Positions 18,855 through 28,228 of a stretch of DNA of 40,541 bases are shown here, one piece after another. The notes under the pieces are model-generated. The model saw nothing but the letters and a program-made list of their open reading frames with translations. It was not told where the DNA came from and did no database searches. Source of the stretch: a virus. Lineage: Duplodnaviria; Caudoviricetes. The DNA lies in the IMG/VR virus record IMGVR_UViG_3300005805_000178, positions 1 to 40,541 of that record; one strand, 5' to 3'. The translations under genes and the position numbers were made by a program. Within the stretch, counting starts at the first letter, position 1. Every line of letters starts with the position of its first letter.

Positions 18855-19097
18855 TTAGCGTGAGAAAACAGTGCTGCCGGCACGACGATAGGCAGCGGCG
18901 ACGATGGCACGTGAAGGGGTGCCCATACGATAGCTGGTGCCAGTTGAAGTGCGGTTCGTATAGACGCAGAAACCGTCGTTACGAAGGTCGTTTACACGGG
19001 CGCGAAGGTTACGAATGCCGAAACGGCTCCGAGCCTGAGCAGCAGTGAGGGAACGACCGGTTGAAAGATAACTGATAAGGCGCTCATTCTGTGTCAT
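18855..19097 (-). CDS. Winged helix-turn-helix DNA-binding protein
   Basis: LISYLSTGRSLTAAQARSRFGIRNLRARVNDLR..G; AGGAG SD before MTQNE. Confidence 0.75.
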   Translation of the reverse strand: MTQNERLISYLSTGRSLTAAQARSRFGIRNLRARVNDLRNDGFCVYTNRTSTGTSYRMGTPSRAIVAAAYRRAGSTVFSR

Positions 19098-19115
19098 GAT
19101 ATTTCTCCTAATTGT

Positions 19116-19203
19116 GCCACACATTCAAAGAACCATTAGACGGTGGCGTTTAGCCTAATGGATAAGATAAAACGGTTTTTAGACCAAAGTCTAGGATAAC
19201 CGT
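19116..19203 (-). other. Structured intergenic leader: two hairpins, possible pseudoknot
   Basis: ACGGTT..TAGAC-TTTG-GTCTA..AACCGT plus U-rich tail; CCATTAGGC/GTCTAATGG stem with loop GCCAC complementary to downstream GTGGC. Confidence 0.45.
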
Positions 19204-19217
19204 AAACCCCTTTTATA

Positions 19218-19544
19218 TTACTTCGTGGTCTTCTTTGAGACCTTCGTCACCTTGGCCTTGGGAGCCTTGGTGGACTTAGGGATCAACCGACTAGTGGCGC
19301 GAGCCACAGCATCTTGCTGAACCTGGTCGAGATTGAGGGTGCTAGTCTGATTCTGAAGATAGGCCACTGCATCAGCCTTCGTCATGGCCTGGGGAAGTGC
19401 ATGCCAGATGATGTTCGTGGCACCAATCTTCTGAAGAACCTTGCTACGACGAACCTGCTCAACAGCAAAGCGAACCTTCACACCATTGCAGCCCTTGCCA
19501 CCCGTCGAGAAACCAATAAAGTTGACCTTGTCCGAATTACGCAT
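19218..19544 (-). CDS. Early hypothetical protein with Lys-rich histone-like C-terminal tail
   Basis: AGGAGG SD before MRNSDK; tail KSTKAPKAKVTKVSKKTTK. Confidence 0.75.
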   Translation of the reverse strand: MRNSDKVNFIGFSTGGKGCNGVKVRFAVEQVRRSKVLQKIGATNIIWHALPQAMTKADAVAYLQNQTSTLNLDQVQQDAVARATSRLIPKSTKAPKAKVTKVSKKTTK

Positions 19545-19586
19545 AATGTTGCCTCCTGAGAAAGTTAGAGTTTTCACTACATCTTA

Positions 19587-19615
19587 AACATAACGAATCT
19601 ACTACCAACTGTCAA
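19587..19615 (-). promoter_or_regulatory. Early promoter TTGACA-N17-TATGTT
   Basis: tgtcaa 19610-19615, aacata 19587-19592. Confidence 0.75.
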
Positions 19616-19809
19616 GTCCCAGAAACATCAATTTCACCACTTGTATTTACCACTTCGCGGAATCGTGAGAGGTCGTAGAACCCTTCGCCGAAGCTGGCCA
19701 GACGGTCTAGATATTCCTGTTCATCTAAATCAACATCTGCCCAGATTCGCAAACTGGTTCCTACTAGCTCCTTGGCGGTTCCAAGAAGGTCCATCGTATT
19801 TTCTGACAT
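19612..19809 (-). CDS. Small acidic early hypothetical protein
   Basis: GGAGG SD; directly downstream of consensus promoter. Confidence 0.65.
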   Translation of the reverse strand: MSENTMDLLGTAKELVGTSLRIWADVDLDEQEYLDRLASFGEGFYDLSRFREVVNTSGEIDVSGT

Positions 19810-19857
19810 TGTACTGCCCTCCGTGAGGTGTGAGATGAGGGTGTATTCCCTCTATTA

Positions 19858-19886
19858 AATATAACACCTTACGGACCATTTGTCAA
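19858..19886 (-). promoter_or_regulatory. Early promoter TTGACA-N17-TATATT
   Basis: tgtcaa 19881-19886, aatata 19858-19863. Confidence 0.85.
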
Positions 19887-19893
19887 GGCCCCG

Positions 19894-19920
19894 CTAAGTG
19901 CTTATTTTTCAATGACTTAG
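19894..19920. promoter_or_regulatory. 27-bp palindromic/IHF-like upstream element (copy 2)
   Basis: CTAAGTGCTTATTTTTCAATGACTTAG. Confidence 0.7.
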
Positions 19921-20603
19921 ACAGGCGCCGGGCCCTGTGCAGAGGGGAGCCAACGCCATATTTTGCGCATTAATGACTTTTTCAATCGGCTCCAATCGGT
20001 TCCCTTGAATGCATCACGATAGCATTTGTAACTATACAGATTTTTTCTTTCATCAATATGCTTTAACACCGTGCCAGGATTCATGCCACCATAATAATAG
20101 TTCACTTCCATGGCAATATCATGAGCATAGGCTTCAATCTCACACCATTCTCTAAGGTATTCAATTTGTTCTAACCGTTTCTTGGACAGTTTATCAGAAT
20201 GGAATACTTTCACCTTTCGTTCTGCTTGTTCTGGACGAAATGCAAATTGACTTTCATGAATGAATTCATGTTGTATGATTTGTGACAACATGAACATGAA
20301 TCCATTATATCTGGCTTTAGTAAATGTGAACGTTTTCTTATTTGATGCAAAATGAACTCTAATCATTATGGCATTTTTCTTTTTTCCAGTATCGTAATAT
20401 CCAGAAAAAGAATAGTATTGCCGAGAGGTATTTGATTTATTCTTCAAATTCACATCTCGAACAATTTTCCCCCGAGCCTTGAGGGGTCGGAGGATTTTGT
20501 TCAAACGTCTACTAATTTGACCATATGTAAATTCCTGCCCAATAACTTCCTTAGGAGGAAAATGCTTTTCTATCTCTTTGTGTAGCTTACTTGCCAAGTA
20601 CAT
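19917..20603 (-). CDS. Hypothetical protein with HExxH zincin-like motif
   Basis: IIQHEFIHESQ...EIEAYA; TATAAATA at 20633-20640 upstream. Confidence 0.65.
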   Translation of the reverse strand: MYLASKLHKEIEKHFPPKEVIGQEFTYGQISRRLNKILRPLKARGKIVRDVNLKNKSNTSRQYYSFSGYYDTGKKKNAIMIRVHFASNKKTFTFTKARYNGFMFMLSQIIQHEFIHESQFAFRPEQAERKVKVFHSDKLSKKRLEQIEYLREWCEIEAYAHDIAMEVNYYYGGMNPGTVLKHIDERKNLYSYKCYRDAFKGTDWSRLKKSLMRKIWRWLPSAQGPAPV

Positions 20604-20635
20604 ATTTCCCCCTGGATTAAGACACCTTCCCATAT

Positions 20636-22024
20636 TTATATTTTAATGTTTTCAAAGTTTCTTGTAAAGGTTTTTGAAGATACAAAATTGGGTTTCGTGT
20701 CAGATGGAGCAGGAGTATCATTTTTCAGAACACTTTTCTGTGCCTGAATATCCAAATCAAACAGCTTCATTTTTGCTCTATCCACTCCCACCACAAATCT
20801 CTTATGATGATTGGGATCGGCATATCTGTTCTTTAATTGTTTGATTAAAATTTGGTCAAGTTTCTGTAAATCTTCTGTAGAGATTAGGGCAAACATAAAA
20901 TCTGCTGTTGCCGGCAAACCAAAAGATTCTGATGTATCAGTCAGTTCCACATCACTATTGGAATATCCTGTTCGTGTAGTTTGTGTTGCTGAAACAATCG
21001 GGACATTGAACTCCACAGCCAAGCCACGAAGTTCTTCTGCGATACCCTTGATGTAGATGTAGCTGTTCACACTTCCTGACATCTTGAAACGACTACTAGA
21101 ACAGATGTTCAAATAATCCACAAAAATGATGTCAGGACGAAACTCCTTCTTTAAACTCAACTCATTCAACAATGCTCGAAAATGTCCTGTATGAGCCGAG
21201 GCTGTAGGATATTCCTTAATTATGAGTTGTCCTTCTGTCTTGTTCTTGATTCGGGAAATTCTATCATCAAACATCTGCTTGGGAAGATTCTTTAAATCAT
21301 CCATAGTGACATTCATCAGATTGGCATCAATACGTTCGGCAATGCGTTCCTCAGCCATTTCCAATGTGATGTACAGCACGTTCTTACCTTGTGACAAGCA
21401 GTTTGCTGCCATGTGACACATAAACAAACTCTTACCCACACCCGTACCCGCCAAGGCGATGTTCAAAGTCTTGTTCGGCAAACCACCTTTTGTGATTTTA
21501 TTGAAAAATTCTAAATCAAATGGGATACGTTCTTCTAACTTGTGATAATACTCAAACCTATCATCACTATCCAAAAGATAGTCGTGGCCCACACTATTAT
21601 CGAAGCTGACGCCAAGTGCATCTTTAAGGATGTCAGGGATGGCTTCGTTAGTAAACTTTGTATCTTTACCATCAATGATTTGAATGGATTGAACAATAGC
21701 ATTATACACCGCCTTGTCTTTACAGAACTTCTCGGTTTCATCTAAAATCCACTGTTTATTAGGCTGCGGAGTACCAAATTTATTTATAATTTCGGAAATT
21801 TTAGAAAATTCTTCTTCGGTCAAATTTCTGTCATTTTGTAGAGAAATTTGCAACGCCTCGTTGCTAGGGGAATTGTTATACTCCTCTACGAAGTTTTTTA
21901 CATGCTGAAATACCTTTCGTTCAGCCCAGTCGGTGAAATACTCATCCTTCAGGAAGGGTATCACCTTCCTCAGATAGTCCTCGTCCTTCAGTAGTTGATT
22001 CAGTATCACTAGTTCCAGTTTCAT
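20636..22024 (-). CDS. 41: Replicative DNA helicase (T4 gp41)
   Basis: AGTGVGKS Walker A, ITLEMAEE, IKEYPT, DYLNIC, SESFGLPATAD, KQLKNRY. Confidence 0.97.
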   Translation of the reverse strand: MKLELVILNQLLKDEDYLRKVIPFLKDEYFTDWAERKVFQHVKNFVEEYNNSPSNEALQISLQNDRNLTEEEFSKISEIINKFGTPQPNKQWILDETEKFCKDKAVYNAIVQSIQIIDGKDTKFTNEAIPDILKDALGVSFDNSVGHDYLLDSDDRFEYYHKLEERIPFDLEFFNKITKGGLPNKTLNIALAGTGVGKSLFMCHMAANCLSQGKNVLYITLEMAEERIAERIDANLMNVTMDDLKNLPKQMFDDRISRIKNKTEGQLIIKEYPTASAHTGHFRALLNELSLKKEFRPDIIFVDYLNICSSSRFKMSGSVNSYIYIKGIAEELRGLAVEFNVPIVSATQTTRTGYSNSDVELTDTSESFGLPATADFMFALISTEDLQKLDQILIKQLKNRYADPNHHKRFVVGVDRAKMKLFDLDIQAQKSVLKNDTPAPSDTKPNFVSSKTFTRNFENIKI

Positions 22025-22298
22025 TATTAGGCACCAAGGTTTCTAGTATTGATTGAAGTATCTTTCCAATTTCTCTCTCTAGTAGGGGTCGATCCATATC
22101 AAGTATAACTGTTTCCGGGATAGATAACAAGTTGTAATCATAATTAATTTTACCATTGCCTTCTCCATCCTCCCCCGCAAACTCAATTTGACCGAAATTA
22201 AAGTGAGTACCGATAAACGGACCTTCAGAAATCTCAATAAAATGGTCAGAATTAATTTCTGAATATTTGTTATTAGAATGTACTTTGTAATTAGGCAT
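21942..22298 (-). CDS. gp40-like protein (by synteny between uvsX and 41)
   Basis: Position and size; IEISEGPF.G..F.FGQI pattern. Confidence 0.45.
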   Translation of the reverse strand: MPNYKVHSNNKYSEINSDHFIEISEGPFIGTHFNFGQIEFAGEDGEGNGKINYDYNLLSIPETVILDMDRPLLEREIGKILQSILETLVPNNETGTSDTESTTEGRGLSEEGDTLPEG

Positions 22299-23340
22299 TG
22301 TTATACTCCTCATTAATCATCTCATCTGTGAACTCTGCCACTAGAGATGTGTTTGAAATGGCATAGTTTTGCTTGATCCAATCCTGAAATGACACTTCCT
22401 TCAAGATGGGCATCCAGAACTCCTTCGTGTATGTGTCATTCTGACGGTACTTCTTCTCCTCACCCTTCTTCTGATACCAGCCATTCTGGGGCTTCACCAC
22501 ATGACCAGACTCCAACGCCACATCCAGAAGTCCAGACCAGGTGCTGATGCCACCCTCGAATGACACTTCCACTGGAATCTTGCTCTTCTCACGAACGAAC
22601 CGAGACTTCTCCACATTAATGATGAAATTGTATCCGGTCAATCCATCAGCATCCTTTTCCTGTTGACGACCAATGATGAAGATGTTGTCAGCAGAATAGT
22701 AGATGCCTGTGCCGCCTGACACGATGTCCTTGGGGAACATACCAATTTCCTTGTAGGTGTGATTCACCACTACCATAGGGATATCTTTGATGGTCAAGTG
22801 AGGTGTGGTCATACGGAACAAACTCTTAAGCTGCTTGGCACGTGTCATGTCTGCCACACTCTTGCCATCCAAGGCATCTTCCACTTCCTTTCGTGATGCC
22901 AAGTTACCTACGGAATCTACAATCACAATCACGTGCTCACCACGTTCAATGTTGTTGATTTGTGACATCAAATCATGCTTCAGTTGTTCAATATCAGTAA
23001 TCGGTGTATGAATCACTCGGTCTGTATCAATGCCAAAGCTCTTGAAATAACCAGCAGGAGCGCCGAACTCTGAGTCATAGAATAGAATGGCAGCATCCTC
23101 ATATTTCTCCAGATAACTCTTGGCAAGCAACATGGCAAACGCTGTCTTGAAGTGCTTGCTAGGACCAGCAAACACCGTCAAGCCAGGTGTCAAGCCTCCA
23201 TCCAAACGTCCTGAGAGTGCCACATTAATCATAGGCACAGGCGTTTGAATCATATCCTTGGCTGTGAAAAATTTGCTATCGGTTAGTACTTCAGTTTCAC
23301 GAATTGTGGAATTCTTACGCAACTTGTTTATTAATGACAT
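22291..23340 (-). CDS. uvsX: RecA-like recombinase UvsX
   Basis: AGPSKHFKT, YDSEFG, DSVGNLAS, ADMTRAK, VSGGTG. Confidence 0.96.
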   Translation of the reverse strand: MSLINKLRKNSTIRETEVLTDSKFFTAKDMIQTPVPMINVALSGRLDGGLTPGLTVFAGPSKHFKTAFAMLLAKSYLEKYEDAAILFYDSEFGAPAGYFKSFGIDTDRVIHTPITDIEQLKHDLMSQINNIERGEHVIVIVDSVGNLASRKEVEDALDGKSVADMTRAKQLKSLFRMTTPHLTIKDIPMVVVNHTYKEIGMFPKDIVSGGTGIYYSADNIFIIGRQQEKDADGLTGYNFIINVEKSRFVREKSKIPVEVSFEGGISTWSGLLDVALESGHVVKPQNGWYQKKGEEKKYRQNDTYTKEFWMPILKEVSFQDWIKQNYAISNTSLVAEFTDEMINEEYNNA

Positions 23341-23349
23341 AACATCTCC

Positions 23350-25866
23350 TTAAAATAAATCATCTAGAGTGGCAATTTTACTTGTGCTCCATCCCATACA
23401 ATCTAGAATGGTTCGCATCGGTTCTAAAAAGCTTTTATCAAACATTGTATTATAATCAACATACTTGTATAAGTCAAGTTCTTTTGGAAAGGTTGAAATA
23501 AAGGCGATACTATTCTCCTTGATGGGATTGGGTTCCTTCAAATACAAATATTTGATTTTATCTCCTTCTTTAATCAATTCATACTTCTTATCCAGTTTCT
23601 TTGCCTTGATATGGTGGTTATACAACAAGGCGCCTCGAACGTGAAGTGGTGTCGCCTTACTGTAGATGGTACTCCCTGAATGATACTTGGCGAGATTGTT
23701 GGCACTTCTCGGAAAGGCAATCTCTTCCGGCGTCATCTTATGGAACTTTTTCTCCAATTCAGCAATGAATTCCTGAATCTCTGTCTGTGTGCTGGTCAAT
23801 GCCATCTTCACAGCATCACGAAGATACTGTCGAACACTGCCAGGCGTGCTGCTTCGAACAATTTCTAGACCCTGCACCTTCAACTTGGGTTCCTTGTATC
23901 GAACACCTTCACTATCATACACGTTCAAGGCATATCGCTTCTTGGCCACCCAGATGGCTCTATCAGCAATCACCTCTCGCTTGAACTCCATCTTGGACAC
24001 ATAACCATTTGTAGTATGCATGATGTGTTCACATGCAGAAGATAATACCTTAGAGATTTTATCTTTACAGAACTTGTCAATTACATCAGCAACCTTATTC
24101 TTATCCAACTGCGAGAAGTGCTTTTGCACCAAACGATCCAATGTGATGTAACAACTATCTGTGTCCGAATAGAATGTGTACTCCACACCCTCCGTCTCAC
24201 ACACCTTGTTCAGATATTCATTCAAAGCACGACCCACGTGCTGAATGATGTATTGACCCGTCAATGTGATGCCTTCGGCAATCCTGTCATCATAGAATCG
24301 GAAGTATTGATTGGCCCAGGCACCATACAAACTGTTCAACTGAATCTTTCTAGCCATCTGAATGTTGTTGTACTTGCTGATGAGTTTCACCTGGTCCACA
24401 TCTTTGGTCTTCTCATACTCTTTTTGTGCCTCAATCATCTTCTTCTTGTAGAACACACGTTCTGTGAAAATCTTTTCCACAATTTCAGGGAACAATCCTT
24501 GATGTTCATGTGTGTAACAATAACCATTTGCTGCCATGGCCACATTGTGCTCATTCAATGACTCTGTGTGTGCCATCTCACCTGAAAGTAACATATCAGG
24601 ATTCATATCTAAGGTGAGTCCTGTCACCATTGTTTCAGGACTCATGTTGTATTGCATGATGATGCTGGGATACAGAGAAGCGGCGTCGAAGCTCACCACC
24701 CAATCATACTTGCCAGGCACAGGCTCCTTCACATAGGCGCCAGCAATCGTCCTGCCTTCATTGTCCTTTTTCTGATGCACAATGATGTTCTTATCCCAGA
24801 GATGATTATGCAGAATGCAATCCCAGGTTCGTACTGCCGAGAAGATGTCTGTGAAGTTACACTTGGCATCATACGCCATGGTGATGACCAGTTCAATCAA
24901 CTTCATCTTGTCTTCCAAAGCATCCACAAGTTCAACGTCAATTACGTTATACTCCACAAACGATTGCCAATCTTCTGTATAGTGCTCCTTGAAAGTTTCA
25001 TACTTGGATTCCAGCTTCTTGCGACCCAACTCTTGTTGAGCAATGTAATCCAACTTGTAACTTTCTTGTGCTGAATAGGTGAACTTCTTGTACAAGTCCA
25101 GATAATCCAAGTTGCTGATGCCATAGATGTCAGCAGTGAGATATTCACGACCATTCATCGTGACCGTTCTTTCATTCACCACCCGCCAAGGGGATAGATC
25201 CTTCACCCGGTCCTCGCCCAACACTCGTTTGATTCTCACCATGAGATATGGCAAGTCAAACAATTGCGTGTTCCATCCTGTCACAACATCAGGCATTGTT
25301 GCCTGCCAGAAACGAAGGAAAGTAAGAAGGAGGTCAGCCTCATCCTTACACTTCACATATTCAAAGTTATTTTTGTTCGTGATGTGCTTGATATCATTTA
25401 CATCAAACTTCTTGGCACCAAACGTAGTAATCTTCTTGGTGATGTTGTCTTGAACAGAAATCAACAACACCTCTTCAATAGGATTATCCACACTAGGGAA
25501 CCCATTCTCTGAAGCAGTTTCAATGTCAATTGTGAAGATGGTTAGTTGACTAATATCATAGTCAACCTCATGCGGATATTGTTCCGTAATATACTGATAG
25601 GCATAGGATGTGTTCCCAAAGATAGGAAAATTTTCTACATCCTTATATTTCTTAATGAATTCCTTAGCATCATTGATATCACTAAATGTGATGGGCTCAA
25701 GGTCATCACCAAACAAGCTCTTATATTTACTTTCATGTTGAGCTTTGATAAACATCGTTGGACGAAACTCCACACGATGATTGTCTCGTTTCCCGTTCTT
25801 TACTTCTCGAACCAGAATCTTATTACCATATTGCAAAACGTTTGTATAGAAATTCTTCAAAGTCAT
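23350..25866 (-). CDS. 43: Family B DNA polymerase (T4 gp43)
   Basis: DIET exo I, GWN..FD exo II, YNVIDV exo III, SFDAASLYPSII, KIQLNSLYG, YSDTDS, KKRYAL. Confidence 0.97.
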   Translation of the reverse strand: MTLKNFYTNVLQYGNKILVREVKNGKRDNHRVEFRPTMFIKAQHESKYKSLFGDDLEPITFSDINDAKEFIKKYKDVENFPIFGNTSYAYQYITEQYPHEVDYDISQLTIFTIDIETASENGFPSVDNPIEEVLLISVQDNITKKITTFGAKKFDVNDIKHITNKNNFEYVKCKDEADLLLTFLRFWQATMPDVVTGWNTQLFDLPYLMVRIKRVLGEDRVKDLSPWRVVNERTVTMNGREYLTADIYGISNLDYLDLYKKFTYSAQESYKLDYIAQQELGRKKLESKYETFKEHYTEDWQSFVEYNVIDVELVDALEDKMKLIELVITMAYDAKCNFTDIFSAVRTWDCILHNHLWDKNIIVHQKKDNEGRTIAGAYVKEPVPGKYDWVVSFDAASLYPSIIMQYNMSPETMVTGLTLDMNPDMLLSGEMAHTESLNEHNVAMAANGYCYTHEHQGLFPEIVEKIFTERVFYKKKMIEAQKEYEKTKDVDQVKLISKYNNIQMARKIQLNSLYGAWANQYFRFYDDRIAEGITLTGQYIIQHVGRALNEYLNKVCETEGVEYTFYSDTDSCYITLDRLVQKHFSQLDKNKVADVIDKFCKDKISKVLSSACEHIMHTTNGYVSKMEFKREVIADRAIWVAKKRYALNVYDSEGVRYKEPKLKVQGLEIVRSSTPGSVRQYLRDAVKMALTSTQTEIQEFIAELEKKFHKMTPEEIAFPRSANNLAKYHSGSTIYSKATPLHVRGALLYNHHIKAKKLDKKYELIKEGDKIKYLYLKEPNPIKENSIAFISTFPKELDLYKYVDYNTMFDKSFLEPMRTILDCMGWSTSKIATLDDLF

Positions 25867-25900
25867 TCAGCCACCTCCGGGCCTTGAATGTTACACACTT

Positions 25901-25928
25901 AATATAACACCTCTACCTTTTTTGTCAA
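25901..25928 (-). promoter_or_regulatory. Promoter TTGACA-N16-TATATT for gp43
   Basis: tgtcaa 25923-25928, aatata 25901-25906, TG extension. Confidence 0.75.
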
Positions 25929-27373
25929 GTAAGCATTTGGTTTATAATATATTCACAATCCTCAACATAGGTTTTATCATAATTTAAAAATTTTTCGTGG
26001 TTATGTCTAACAATATCTTTGACATTATGCAAAAATTCATCCTTTTCTTGTTTTGATTTAGCAGAAAATTTTTGAATTTCGATTAATATCTTATTCAGTC
26101 TATCCATACCATTACTTTCATTATCATATGACTCGTCAATGAATGGATGAAAAGTTTGATAACCAATATCATGTAAATGTTTTAGTGAATGTTGTGGACC
26201 TAATAAAATAAAGGGTTGTGCATGTCCTATAGGCTTCCAAATTTTCTCACTCAGATATCCAGAAGGAAATTCCATATCATTTTGAAAGAAGATGCTTTCA
26301 CCCACCAAATTGATATAGCTATTCATGTAAGGCCTTTTATCTTCGAATCCATAACCAGCAATACGCACTAAATCTTGTACATCCACAAAATTAGAAGTGC
26401 TACTTAATAATTCAATAAGTGTTTTATTGTCATCATACATTAAAAATTTTTCTGTATCTTGCTGCCATTCTGATGCAAATCTTTGGTCCCAAGATACTAA
26501 ATTTTTCTCTAACCCTAATTTATGAAGTTGGCTTATGACTAAAAGCCTATGTAATTTCCAACGTCTACACATGAATAAAAAGTCTTTTTTTTCTTTTCCT
26601 ATATTGTTTTCAAATTCCTTATATGATCCTACGGTATTTCTAGTAATACCCATCGCTCCCACTTGAGGTTCATGCCCATTATCCCCCCAGTAAGAAAAAT
26701 ATGGATTGTTTATTGTGTTCATAAATTCATTGGATTTGCCCCGGAGGGCGAGATTGAAATTGAACACATGATACTTCACATTTAAGGTTTTTAAATTATC
26801 TGCCAATTTAAAATCTTGAAAAATAAGATATACTTTTTCATCCGGTATATTGTTGCTTCTTGTAAAATTAATTAGCTTTTCAAAATTATGCCTCTCCACA
26901 CCTAAACCGCCATCAATGATATAATTGATTAGAAGATGACCATTACCTTCTTGTATTTCTTTTAATGCAACCGAAGAAATATTTTCAAGAAGAAAGTGAG
27001 GTGTTGTTGAATTTTTTACAGGCCTATCTTCTATTCCGGAAGGTGATAATCCATATGCATCATGTAAGTCTGCAGGAGTTATTTCCCCAAAAAACACTTG
27101 CAGATTGCCAAAAGGTTCTACTAAATAAAACCATTTATCATTTGGATGGTTGTGTATGATGTCATATATTGATTTCTTTTCGATATAAGGATCCCAAAAT
27201 CCTCCATTATACACTGGCCAAGGATATCCCCAGGTTTTTTGAAATGCTTCACCTGAAAATTTAAATACGAAATCCCGACCCTTATGTATTGTCTCTAGAT
27301 ATTTTGAATCAAGACAATTTGGCATTTCTCCATTATAGGTCAGTACATCATAACCTACAAGAAGTTTTTTCAT
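25925..27373 (-). CDS. AT-rich glycosyltransferase-like hypothetical protein
   Basis: KDFLFMCRRWKLHR, YINLVGES...LSEKIWKPI...PFILLG...LHDIGYQTF...IDESYD...IVRHN. Confidence 0.6.
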   Translation of the reverse strand: MKKLLVGYDVLTYNGEMPNCLDSKYLETIHKGRDFVFKFSGEAFQKTWGYPWPVYNGGFWDPYIEKKSIYDIIHNHPNDKWFYLVEPFGNLQVFFGEITPADLHDAYGLSPSGIEDRPVKNSTTPHFLLENISSVALKEIQEGNGHLLINYIIDGGLGVERHNFEKLINFTRSNNIPDEKVYLIFQDFKLADNLKTLNVKYHVFNFNLALRGKSNEFMNTINNPYFSYWGDNGHEPQVGAMGITRNTVGSYKEFENNIGKEKKDFLFMCRRWKLHRLLVISQLHKLGLEKNLVSWDQRFASEWQQDTEKFLMYDDNKTLIELLSSTSNFVDVQDLVRIAGYGFEDKRPYMNSYINLVGESIFFQNDMEFPSGYLSEKIWKPIGHAQPFILLGPQHSLKHLHDIGYQTFHPFIDESYDNESNGMDRLNKILIEIQKFSAKSKQEKDEFLHNVKDIVRHNHEKFLNYDKTYVEDCEYIINQMLT

Positions 27374-27669
27374 GGCATCAATTCTATCTTAGGTCTTTCG
27401 GGAACAAGAATACCTTTTCCGGTTATTCTGTTATATTCATTCTTCAATTGGTCGGCAGCTTCATACATTAGAACCACGTGTTCCTTATTATATGTGAACT
27501 TTTTTGTGGCTGCAAAAGGAAGAAAGGGTGCTAGGCCGACGGAATACTGATGTTCTTGTGTAGGGATAAGAACAATAACACAGGGAGTATCAATAGTTAG
27601 AACATCACCATGTGTCTCAATATCACCAATTAAATCTTCGCCTGTAACTGTTTTTACACACTTTATCAT
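27370..27669 (-). CDS. Conserved T4-like hypothetical protein (Sm-like fold) downstream of hsp20
   Basis: IKCVKTVTGEDLIG...GLAPFLPFA...LKNEYN...GILVP. Confidence 0.7.
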   Translation of the reverse strand: MIKCVKTVTGEDLIGDIETHGDVLTIDTPCVIVLIPTQEHQYSVGLAPFLPFAATKKFTYNKEHVVLMYEAADQLKNEYNRITGKGILVPERPKIELMP

Positions 27670-27679
27670 GATATACTCA

Positions 27680-27698
27680 ATTGTAGGGGTGTTAGGAG
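27680..27698. repeat. 19-bp inverted repeat, arm downstream of hsp20
   Basis: ATTGTAGGGGTGTTAGGAG is the exact reverse complement of 28198-28216. Confidence 0.92.
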
Positions 27699-27708
27699 GA
27701 CTACTTAA

Positions 27709-28134
27709 TTATAAAATGTCAATCTTACGTGGCTTCTTTTCTTCTGGAATGATGCGTTCCAACTTGATGGAAAGCACACCGTCAGTCAATGAAGCATCAC
27801 GCACTACTACATCATCTGCGAGTGTCCACTTTCTAGTGAACGCACGCTTTGCTAAACCACGATGAACATATTCCTTTTCATCAGTTGATTCAGCCTTGGC
27901 TGAAATGGTGAGAACACCTTCAGCCAATTCAACATCAAGTTCATCTCGCTTGAATCCTGCCACAGCGAGTTCGATGCTCCAGTTTTCAGCATCGTGCTTG
28001 ATGATGTTGTATGGGGGATAGTTGCTAGAACTATTCACCGTTTCAATGTTGTGTAAACGGTCCCAAAGATTATCGAATCCGATAGCCCATGGGCCACCCA
28101 AAGATGCTGCGTTGAATGTATAGGTACGTGTCAT
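27709..28134 (-). CDS. hsp20: Small heat shock protein (Hsp20/IbpA family)
   Basis: NYPPYNI, IELAVAGF, HRGLAKRAF, DGVLSI.L, PEEKKPRKIDI. Confidence 0.95.
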   Translation of the reverse strand: MTRTYTFNAASLGGPWAIGFDNLWDRLHNIETVNSSSNYPPYNIIKHDAENWSIELAVAGFKRDELDVELAEGVLTISAKAESTDEKEYVHRGLAKRAFTRKWTLADDVVVRDASLTDGVLSIKLERIIPEEKKPRKIDIL

Positions 28135-28135
28135 A

Positions 28136-28182
28136 ATTCCTCCTGTCGAGCGAATGTGTTAGTGATACCCTTTCGGCGTATC
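28136..28182 (-). ncRNA. ROSE-like RNA thermometer in hsp20 5' UTR
   Basis: AUUC(G)CUC-GACAG-GAGGAAU hairpin with UCGCU motif and bulged G opposite the SD; upstream GAUAC(G)CC-GAAA-GGGUAUC hairpin. Confidence 0.6.
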
Positions 28183-28190
28183 TAAGGTTA

Positions 28191-28219
28191 ATGTTAACTC
28201 CTAACACCCCTACAATCAA
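28191..28219 (-). promoter_or_regulatory. hsp20 promoter TTGATT-N17-TAACAT whose spacer is the upstream arm of the 19-bp inverted repeat
   Basis: -35 at 28214-28219, -10 at 28191-28196; repeat arm 28198-28216. Confidence 0.55.
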
Positions 28220-28228
28220 GTACTTCTT

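Noticed and set aside
4906-25866. Inteins/introns in nrdJ, gp41, uvsX, gp43
   Set aside because: Lengths are normal and motifs contiguous
27680-28216. Inverted repeat as transposon/MITE ends
   Set aside because: No transposase or target-site duplication seen, and hsp20 is at a usual T4-like position between regA and gp43
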